Shown here piece after piece: positions 55,676-64,000 of a stretch of DNA of 64,000 nucleotides. How positions within the stretch are numbered: the first letter of the stretch is position 1; each line of letters starts with the position of its first letter. Both the position numbers and the translations under genes were made by a program. The notes below the pieces were generated by a model. It was not told the DNA's origin. It ran no database searches and saw nothing but the letters and a program-made list of their open reading frames with translations. Source of the stretch: Rhodosorus marinus CCMP1338 (taxonomy: Eukaryota; Plantae; Rhodophyta); assembly GCA_029953675.1 (NCBI GenBank), contig JAMWBK010000007.1, forward strand, positions 1 through 64,000. Reading direction: 5' to 3'.

Positions 55676-56574
55676 GCTTCTATCGAACAAGAGAAACAAG
55701 CCCGCTTAAATCCAGAATTGGTCGACGGAGTCAGCTGCTTCCGTCTAGCTCCTGCAATTTTCCGGCCGGTGCTTCTCTTTATTCCTAGGCGAATGCCGTC
55801 AATGCTGGATCAACCAGACCCGGATCCATTTCTTCAAAGCCTGCTTGCACTTCGAGGAAGAAACCACTAATTTCATTTCGTAGCAAGAGTTTTCCGTACA
55901 GGGTATGATGATGTTCTCTTAACTGTCAGCTTGTGGTGATCCTGGCCGGGAAACAACCAGAAACCTTTATCAACCGACATCTCCCCAGCCCTCCGAGCTA
56001 GGCTATTCCCTTCAGAGAACGGTAAAACGAAAAATGGACATCGCCGTAACAACTTCCTGCATTTTGGATAGCCCGAACCGTTATCCCGCAGCGTTCGCCA
56101 GCTATTTGGCAGCATAATTAATCAAAGCTCTGGCATAGTTCATAGATATAGCCAGCTCTCTGTGATCTGAGAGACGGTGTCACGTATGGGCTCACAGGAA
56201 ATTCTTAGTATGACGCCCATTGGTCTTGCTTCACAAGTTCACCTGGGTCCCGTCCCAACTCACGGCCCGCCGTAGAACCCGATCGGGTGTTCATAGTATG
56301 CATAGAATCAAAACCAAAGAAGGGAGACATTGTCGAAGCTTTAGTCAATGTCATTGACGGCAAACCGGAATGCAGCATGAGGTCAGCGCTCTCGCGAGCG
56401 GATCCCGGATTCGGAGCAATCATCGAGGTTCGTACAATGACAACAGATCCTTCGTAACGCAACCCCGTAGCATTTCCTACGCTTTACATTGCAATCCCAG
56501 TTGACGTTATGACTAATAGCCCAGTAGCCTTATTCGTCCTAGATTTACAACCAGAGGCGAACGAATGGTTTAAT

Positions 56575-56790
56575 GCAGGGCAACCAGAGGCAGGGCAATC
56601 AGCGGCAGGGCAACCCGAGGCAGGGCAACCCGAGGCAAGGCAACCCACGGGCAGGGCAACCCACGGGCAGGGCAATCATGGGCAGGGCAACTAGGGGTAG
56701 GGCAACCAGAGGCACGGCAACTAGGGGCAGGGCAACCAGAGGCAGGGCAACCAACTGCAGGGCAACTAACGGGCACTAAGGGCAACCCAA
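56575..56790. repeat. 15-nt minisatellite (AGGGCAACC(A/C)GAGGC-like)
   Basis: More than 10 imperfect GGGCAACC-based units. Confidence 0.85.
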
Positions 56791-57054
56791 TTCGCTTTTT
56801 TAGTAATATTATGGGAAATCGCACTAATACTTTCAAACTATTCTAGTTTTATTATCTTGTCCACCAAAAAAAGAAATAATTGGTGGGTCGGTTTTCCTTT
56901 ACCAATGATAAAGACGAAAATGGTTCACGCAGTATTTTAATTAGTCCAACGAATTTATAGTTTTTAGTTACTATAAATTGTCATGTACTTATGTGCCCTA
57001 AGCACCGAAACGGATTTAAAGCTTAGGTTGAGTCGGTGCTGCCTGCTGGGCCGG

Positions 57055-57200
57055 GCTTCGCTGGGCTTTATTGGCTTTATTAGCATAGCATGAAGCGCTA
57101 CGCAAACCGTTAAAAGGAACTAAGAAATAGGTAGGGAAGCGTGCAAACCCAGGCGCCGATGCCGCGCCTCAAGCATGCTGCTCGAATATCGCCACAGAGA
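57055..57200 (-). mobile_element. Old family C 3' end
   Basis: Diverged TAGCATAGC.TGAAGCGCTACGCAA...CCCAGGCGCCGATG. Confidence 0.75.
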
Positions 57201-57264
57201 TACACTGGACTTTACTGGACTTTACTAGCATAGCCTGAAGCGCTACGCAAGGCGTGAAGATGAA

Positions 57265-60200
57265 CTAATAACTAGGGAGGGAAGCATGCAACCCCAGGCG
57301 CCGATGGCGCGCCTCGGAAAGCATGTCGCTGGAATATCGCCAAAGGGAGACACTTAAACGCCTCAAGAGCGCCAAATATTCAGTAGGATGCTCAGCAAAA
57401 CATTTCCGCAACCACTCTAAACCCGACTTATCGACGTGACCAAAGCTTTCCACAATGAATGGCTGGAACCGGTGAGAGCGACCCTCAGCGCAAGGCAGAC
57501 TGGCCATGCTCTCAGCATACCGTCGTTCCTTAACTCTTCGAAGGGCTGAAGCCGCGGCCACCCGGCGGCGGGCGGCTGCGGTGAGGTGGGCGCTGGCCAC
57601 GGGGCAGGTAATCGCAAGGTCCACATATGTTGAGCGTCTGGCAGCAGCGTCGGAGACGAGGAGATCGGCTATACAACGGGGCGGTGCAGAGTCCGAGATG
57701 GATCTGGGCAGTTCCGACTCAACCTCAACCGTATGCCTTATCCGAGTCAAAAATTCGCTGAGGATGTACTTGAGGCGAGTGTGACGCCTCGTACGGAGAC
57801 CTCGCAACAGTCCGCAGGAACCCAGGAAGTGGTAGCCACAAGCGTCAATCCGGCTCTCACATCCCTGACAGAAAGACGGCCGATTAGAGTGCCACGGAGC
57901 CTGTGGCAAACCGAGATAGATCCGTGCGGCAGAACGGAGCTGGAAAGCATCGAGACGATGACTCAATGACGACGGTAGAGTGGTTAACCACAAGTGCGAG
58001 AGGTGGCCTCCCATGCCGCGGAGACGAGCGGCAGTGGTAGGCGGCGTGAGAGGAGAATTGAGCATGACTGTGTGAGCGGCACTGTGTTGGCCCCAGGTGA
58101 GGCTATGTTGAATCACATCAGTGCGGGAGCTCCACAATCGGCTCAAACCCGGGTAGGCTGCAACAGGGGACCCGGGGCTAGCCTCTCCGTCATCGGCAAG
58201 AACTCGGTCGAGGGGACAATCCTCAATCGCTTCAGCTCGTCCCCATAACAGCTCCCTCCAGGAACGAAAGCCGGACCGATTTGCGTCCGGCACGGCGTTG
58301 CACCTCCTGAACGCGTGTTGAAGACCATCGTAAATTGTCAAAAGCGGGGGCGGCAGGGTCACTGGATCCTCGTTGGTCAAAGCTCGAGCCAAGAGGCAGG
58401 CACTTCGCATCTGGAAGGTCACCAACGTTCGCAGCGCGGTAGCCCAGCAGGCAACCGCCGCTGGCGAGCATACCAGCCCACGGTCTGCGACGCCGAATCC
58501 CCCTAATCGCAACGGTAGAGCGATCTGTGCACGAATTAAGTCCCTGTCGGGAGCAGCTTCAAGATCGAGGGGCTCATCCAAGAGCGTTCCCCAGTGTTGC
58601 AGGGTCATTTCGTCGGCTTTAGCCGCGATCCACGAGCCCCAAGCTGGAGGCAGGCTGCGCAACCAGTAGTTGAGTCTGGGACCGGCACAAAAGCGGGAAA
58701 GCAAGCAGGCCGATTGCAGCATGCTGTCGGGTAGGTGCTCAATGGCGTCGGTGAGTTGCTTGTGCCGTGCCAAAACTCGCTCGCAGGATGCTTGGACAAA
58801 GTTGTCAGTCCCCAATCCGACGCCGTGGTGTTCGAACCCTTCACGTTCGCTGATTAGTCGCATAGTGGGTGGCAGAGAGTTCAGCGACACGTCCCTCGCG
58901 GGGAGAAAGCGACATTTTTCTGTTTCCACAGTCAAACCGACGCGACGTGCAATCGCTTCGATCGCGTTCAGTCCCCTAGCCAGGGTGTCAGGGGTGCCCA
59001 GCAATGTTACGTCATCGTGGTACGCGCAGATTCGAAGATCCGAGACCTCAGTCGAAAGACGTAAAAGTACGAGCTGTAGGGCACAGGCATGAAGAAGAGG
59101 TCCGCAAGGGTCGCCTTGTTGGACGCCAGTATGTGCTTGAAAAACAGTGCCCTCCGTTGTCAAGTAGGGGAGGCTCTCCCCTCCGTAAATACCCGATAGA
59201 AACGGCCACGCCTCCGGAAACACGCGTCGGAGCACCTCTAGCGCATGCGTCCGCGACACGCTGTTGAATGCGTTCCGGAAATCAACCACCAAGACTCCCC
59301 ACTCCGGCCTACTGGCGCGTTCTAGCTCGATCCCATGGGTGATCAGTTCGCAACCCCCAGAAAATCCCACCCCTACTTGCAAGGGCGCCATAAAAGCTGT
59401 GACGCGCTGGCGAAGGCGCTGGCATAGCCACCTCCCGGCTAACTTCCGTGGGCTCTCCACCATCCCGATCGGCCGGAGACGCGGGTGGGCCGGCTGGTGG
59501 TCAGGTTTCGTGAGCAAGCAAAGCTGTGCCTGCCGGAGATGTTCCCATGGCGCAGACGCACCCGATACGCCCTGGAACAACTTGTTAAGGATCCTCAGAA
59601 GCGCGCTCTGGCCAGGCTGGCTCAGGGCCTGCAATAGCTCTGTTCTTAGTCCGGAGGGTCCGGGACAGCGTCCCCGACGCGAGGTACGAAGCAAATCCTC
59701 CACGTCAGACTCACTGAGCGTCAGATCGATGCGAAACCTGGCCAACTCCGGACGGTCCAAGAATACCTCGAATTCAGGGGACAAATCCACGTCGGACTCA
59801 GGGAACAAAGACGACACCGTCTGGGCGAGACTATCATCGTAGGGGAGGACAGGCGCGTGGCCCTCCAAAACCCGCGCCGCTCGACTTAAATCGCCCACTG
59901 CTACCAATTTCTGTACTCGAGCTGGCACGGGCGACACTGTGCCATGCCGAGTCCGACGGGCGGATGGTGCTGACGACGCCAAATAGCTGCGCTGTAGTAC
60001 TTCGAAGTCTCCCTTCAAGAACAGGGCCATTCGGTCTCGTACTCGCCATCTGCGCTCCGATGTGTGAATGGGGGCCAGAATCAGGCGCGGCATGACACCC
60101 AGAAAAACCCAAATGACTGTGTCCCGAATGTTGCGAGCCAGGCTCGTGAAGATGAAATCGAGAATGGTTCCAGCTACTAGAAGGTCTCCACGAGGAAGGA

Positions 60201-60336
60201 CGACTGGGGGAATGCCCCCACGGAGGGGAAGCGAGCCTCCTTCCAAAGAAATCCACCGCCGGAGCCAACTCCGAAAACGCGTACGCCAAATGCCCCAGTC
60301 TCCGCCCTCCTTCAGGACATAAGACTGTAGATCCAT
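57265..60336 (-). CDS. Family C ORF2: RT + CCHC knuckle + RLE, 1023 aa
   Basis: CPGPSG, RPIG, VDFRNAFN, GVQQGDP, YHDD, CQGC-x7-GYHFLGSC, RRH, ADL-VDL-K-FIVESFG. Confidence 0.93.
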   Translation of the reverse strand: MDLQSYVLKEGGDWGIWRTRFRSWLRRWISLEGGSLPLRGGIPPVVLPRGDLLVAGTILDFIFTSLARNIRDTVIWVFLGVMPRLILAPIHTSERRWRVRDRMALFLKGDFEVLQRSYLASSAPSARRTRHGTVSPVPARVQKLVAVGDLSRAARVLEGHAPVLPYDDSLAQTVSSLFPESDVDLSPEFEVFLDRPELARFRIDLTLSESDVEDLLRTSRRGRCPGPSGLRTELLQALSQPGQSALLRILNKLFQGVSGASAPWEHLRQAQLCLLTKPDHQPAHPRLRPIGMVESPRKLAGRWLCQRLRQRVTAFMAPLQVGVGFSGGCELITHGIELERASRPEWGVLVVDFRNAFNSVSRTHALEVLRRVFPEAWPFLSGIYGGESLPYLTTEGTVFQAHTGVQQGDPCGPLLHACALQLVLLRLSTEVSDLRICAYHDDVTLLGTPDTLARGLNAIEAIARRVGLTVETEKCRFLPARDVSLNSLPPTMRLISEREGFEHHGVGLGTDNFVQASCERVLARHKQLTDAIEHLPDSMLQSACLLSRFCAGPRLNYWLRSLPPAWGSWIAAKADEMTLQHWGTLLDEPLDLEAAPDRDLIRAQIALPLRLGGFGVADRGLVCSPAAVACWATALRTLVTFQMRSACLLARALTNEDPVTLPPPLLTIYDGLQHAFRRCNAVPDANRSGFRSWRELLWGRAEAIEDCPLDRVLADDGEASPGSPVAAYPGLSRLWSSRTDVIQHSLTWGQHSAAHTVMLNSPLTPPTTAARLRGMGGHLSHLWLTTLPSSLSHRLDAFQLRSAARIYLGLPQAPWHSNRPSFCQGCESRIDACGYHFLGSCGLLRGLRTRRHTRLKYILSEFLTRIRHTVEVESELPRSISDSAPPRCIADLLVSDAAARRSTYVDLAITCPVASAHLTAAARRRVAAASALRRVKERRYAESMASLPCAEGRSHRFQPFIVESFGHVDKSGLEWLRKCFAEHPTEYLALLRRLSVSLWRYSSDMLSEARHRRLGLHASLPSY

Positions 60337-60367
60337 AGGCTGCGACCTCGCAGCCGTGCCTGGAGCG

Positions 60368-61777
60368 CTAATCGTGCTTCTCCCCCTTAGACCCGGGGGA
60401 GTCGGTCCTCGCTCTCTTACCTCCTATCCGCACCAAAGTCGTGAGCCGCCCACTCCGCGAGGCTCGCGGAACGGATCCCGCGGGCTTCAGCAAAGTAACC
60501 TGGGCGTCCTCCACCGCCATTCCCTCAGTCTGCTCCCCTGCCTCACCACTCTCGCTGGAAGTAGTGCTGGAAGCAGAGCCCTCCAAAATCCCCACCCGCT
60601 GCAGCTCTGTATTGTAGCGCGAAGTCAGCACAAGTCGCCTCTCCAGATCGAAGAAACTGGAAACCGCCATGCGCAGGTGACGAGGGCCCGACCGGAACCG
60701 CTCCAACAAGATCCTCTCAAGGCGCTGAATCCGTAGCCAATGGATCGCTGCCGCCTTCACGCTGCTCTCATGCTCAGAGAGCCCTACCGTTTCTCCCGGA
60801 GACAGGAAATTGCCCGAGAAACGGTCAAAATCCAAGTGCAAAACCACCTGCGGGTTGCAGCGCAGCCACCGGGCGCTCTCAGGCCACTGCTCGGTAGGCT
60901 TCGCCAGCAAGGCCTCCAGGTACTTGGCGGCGGTTGCGGAGACCAAAAACAGCACATCGCGGCCCTCATAGTTTGCGAAGAAGAAATCACCCCGGCTGCA
61001 CCCTAACGATTCCGCAAAAGTGTCCCGGAAGTCTCGCATAGACGGAACCTGTCCTCGTGTAGTCTGGGGCCGGACATTTCGCACCCACAGAAATTGGAGA
61101 GTGGTCTCCACAGGTCCATCCTGAGGCTCGCGAGATGGTATGAAACGGAGCATAGCCGCCGTACGTGTGGCAGTGGTGCCCTTCCGCAAGACTGATGCGT
61201 ACGAAGCGCCCCCCTTGCGGCCACCACGTGCCCCCGAAGTAGCCGGGAGCTGGTGACCACCTGAGGGCTGGTCCAAGAGAGGGAAGTCCACAGCTGCAGT
61301 CTCCTCCACACCGGTTGTCGCACAGTCACCACCACCATTGCCTCGAGTCCCCGAGCGCTGAAGCGCGTTTGGGCCCGGCCTGCCGCTCCCCAACGTCGTA
61401 CTGTCCCGCGCAGAAGCAACAGCCCTCGCCTGTCCCGGGACAGGTTTATGTTGATTGACCGGATGTTGACTGCCTTCAGCCAACGCTGCCACTCTGGGGC
61501 AATTCAAATTCTCGTCCGAATTTGAATTTGACCTGGCCAGCAATCCCGATTCCAGCCCACCTAGCTTCTGGGTCAGCTGAGGGAGCACTCCACGATCACT
61601 CGCAGCCGTGATCAGGCTGGTGACAGCGGAGATAAGTGCACGCGCCTGGGTGCCAGAAGCGCCTTCCAAGTCAACCTCGGAATAAAAGGTGCCGCAGCTG
61701 AGGCGAACACGGAGTCCCCCACCTGGCAGTGCCTCCTTGGGAGGAGGCTCCGTCGAGCGCGGAGATATCCCTACCAT
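60368..61777 (-). CDS. Family C ORF1 (~469 aa from ATG 61777)
   Basis: Open frame upstream of ORF2; contains an SYASVL-type motif seen in non-LTR ORF1s and a VRNVRP...DFRDTFAESLG block resembling family A/D ORF1. Confidence 0.8.
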   Translation of the reverse strand: MVGISPRSTEPPPKEALPGGGLRVRLSCGTFYSEVDLEGASGTQARALISAVTSLITAASDRGVLPQLTQKLGGLESGLLARSNSNSDENLNCPRVAALAEGSQHPVNQHKPVPGQARAVASARDSTTLGSGRPGPNALQRSGTRGNGGGDCATTGVEETAAVDFPLLDQPSGGHQLPATSGARGGRKGGASYASVLRKGTTATRTAAMLRFIPSREPQDGPVETTLQFLWVRNVRPQTTRGQVPSMRDFRDTFAESLGCSRGDFFFANYEGRDVLFLVSATAAKYLEALLAKPTEQWPESARWLRCNPQVVLHLDFDRFSGNFLSPGETVGLSEHESSVKAAAIHWLRIQRLERILLERFRSGPRHLRMAVSSFFDLERRLVLTSRYNTELQRVGILEGSASSTTSSESGEAGEQTEGMAVEDAQVTLLKPAGSVPRASRSGRLTTLVRIGGKRARTDSPGSKGEKHD

Positions 61778-62050
61778 CCTGAGGGAATGCGCAAAGGAAA
61801 CGTTGCACCACCAATATGAAACCGCACCGAGAGAATAATCGACCAAACCCAACCCAAATAGGAAAGGCCCCGCAACACACCCACCCGGAAGACAGAAGTA
61901 GTTGCAAATGCAAACGACGCCCCGCGGAAAATCGAGGGGAAGGCGTACCAGAGGGAGCGCTTCCCGTAAACGAACACGCTCGCGACCGAAAAAGAAACAA
62001 AACCCCAATCCTCGACAACAACTACCCTAAAACGTCCGCAGTATAACTCT

Positions 62051-64000
62051 ACTAGCATAGCCTGAAGCGCTACGCAAGGCGTGAAGATGAAATAATAACT
62101 AGGGAGGGAAGCATGCAACCCCAGGCGCCGATGGCGCGCCTCGGCAAGCATGCTGCTCTAATATCGCCACAGAGAGACACTTAAGCGCCGCAAAAGTTCC
62201 AAGTATTCAACACGATGCTCAGTGGAACATTTCCGCAACCACTCCAAACCCGACTTCTCCACGTGACCAAAGCTTTCCACAATGAAAGGCTGGAACCGGT
62301 GGGAGCGACCCTCAGCGCGAGGCAGGCTGGCCATACTCTCGGCATACCGTCGTTCCTTCACGCGGCGAAGGGCCGAAGCAGCTGCTCCCCGGCGACGGGC
62401 GGCAGCTGTGAGATGGGCGCTTGCCACAGGGCATGTAATCGCGAGGTCAACATATGCTGAGCGCCTGGCGGCAGCATCGGAGACGAGGAGATCTGCGATA
62501 CGGCGGGGCGGTGCCCTATCTGAGACCGATCTGGGTAGTTCCGATTCCACCTCAACCGTATGCCCTACCCGAGTCAGACATTCGCTGAGAATGTACTTGA
62601 AGCGAGTGTGACGCCTCGTACGAAGACCTCTCAACAGTCCGCATGAACCTAAGAAATGGTAACCACATGCATCGATCCGACTCTCACATCCCTGACAGAA
62701 AGACGGCCGATTAGAGTGCCAGGGAGCTTGTGGCAAACCCAGGTAAATCCGTGCGGCAAAGCGAAACTTGAAGGCATCCAGACGGTGACCCAGTGATGAC
62801 GGCAGGGTCGTTAACCACAAATGTGAAAGATGGCCTCCCGTGCCGCGGAGGCGAGCGGCGATAGGCGGTGTGAGTGGAGAGTTGAGCAAGATTGCGTGAG
62901 CGGCACTGTGTTGGCCCCAGGTGAGGCTATGTTGAATCACATCAGTGCGCGAGCTCCACAATCGGCTCAGACCCGGGTAATCGGCAACCGGTGACCCGGG
63001 GCTATCTTTCCCCTCGTCGGCGAGTACTCTGTCGACGGGAGAGTCCTCGAGCGCCTAAGTTCGTCCCCATAACAGCTGATTCCAGGAGCGAAATCTGGAT
63101 CGGCTCTCGTCCGGCACGGCGTTGCACTTGCTGAACGCCTGTTGCAGGGCATCATAGATACTCAAAAGCGGCGGCGGAAGGGTCACGGGGTTTGGGCTAG
63201 TCAGTGCTCTAGCCAAAAGGCAAGCACTTCGCATTCGAAAACTCACCAAGGTGCGAAGCGCGGTAGCCCAGGCGGGGACCGCCGCTGCCGAGCATCGATT
63301 CCACGGTCGGCCACTCCAAATCCGCCTAATCGTAAAGGTAGGGCAATCTGGCCACGAATTAGGTCCCTGTCAGGAGCCGCTTCCATATCCAGGGGTTCAT
63401 CCAGGAGCGTTCCCCAGTGCTTCAGCGTCGCCTCGTCCGCCTTGGCTGCCATCCACGAGCCCCAGTGCGGTGGAAGGCTTCGCAGCCAGTAATTCAGTCG
63501 GGGGCCGGCACAAAAGCGGGAGAGCAGGCAGGCCGATTGGAGCATGCAATCCGGTAGGCGCTCAATGGCGTCGGTGAGCTGCTTATGGCGCGCTAAAACT
63601 CGTTCGCAAGAGTCTTGGACAAAGTTGTCACTCCCCAAACCGACGCCATGGTGCTCGAGCCCCGCATGTTCACCAAGGGCCCGGAGACTAGGTGGCAGGG
63701 AGCCCCTCGAAACTTCACGCGAGAAAACGGCATTTTTCGGGTTCCACGGTTAGACCTACTCCACGTGCGATTGCTTCGATCTGGGTCACTCCCCGAGCCA
63801 AGTGCTCAGGAGTGCCCAGCAACGTCACGTCGTCATGGTAGGCACAGATGCGAAGCTCCGGCACCTCAGCCGCCAGTCGCTGGAGCACGAGCTGCAAGGC
63901 ACAGGCGTGAAGTACCAGCTCACAAGGATTACCCTGTTGGACGCCAGTACGTGCTGCAAAAACAGAGCCCTGCGTTGTCAAGTAAGGGAGGCTCCCCCCT
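62051..64000 (-). mobile_element. Diverged family C copy, head-to-tail with the full-length copy, runs off the window
   Basis: ORF pieces 62158-62961, 63243-63638 and 63715-63981 are close homologues of family C ORF2; its 3' end abuts the 5' end of 57201-62050. Confidence 0.9.

Larger units (their letters stand above)
57201..62050 (-). mobile_element. Family C full-length non-LTR RLE retrotransposon, apparently intact
   Basis: G/T-rich 5' UTR, open ORF1 and ORF2, 3' UTR hairpin, (AGTAAAGTCC)n tail. Confidence 0.92.

Noticed and set aside
56509-56836. QGN/QPEAG repeat proteins
   Set aside because: Short ORFs are by-products of a 15-nt minisatellite

Overview
Left end of a linear eukaryotic chromosome in an intron-poor organism that cannot be identified from sequence alone. 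It starts with about 29 copies of a 16-nt telomeric repeat (CCCCAGACTAACGTAA; G-strand TTACGTTAGTCTGGGG). The first ~8.6 kb is an array of non-LTR retrotransposons (RT plus restriction-like endonuclease, RLE, CRE-like), each separated by 1-3 telomere units, and their 3' ends read directly into the telomeric G-strand (labelled here family A and its relative D). Three further RLE families (labelled B, C, E) are scattered through the subtelomere with variable target-site duplications (TSDs), family-specific tandem tails, and 11-21 nt abortive insertions. Two tRNA halves (Pro 3' half, Lys 5' half) are fused to the 5' junctions of truncated elements; the Lys half lies inside the TSD, which indicates RT template jumping onto host tRNA fragments. 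A U2 snRNA 5' fragment is also present. Host genes are intronless and mostly secreted: an 894-aa acidic protein, an RTX-type Ca-binding repeat protein, a PiT/PHO4 phosphate transporter, a ~1300-aa Gly-rich protein split by a 1-nt frameshift, a duplicated Cys-rich protein, and an astacin-EGF-C2 protease with His->Asp at the third zinc ligand. Family letters are my own labels, and coordinates of degenerate fragments are approximate.
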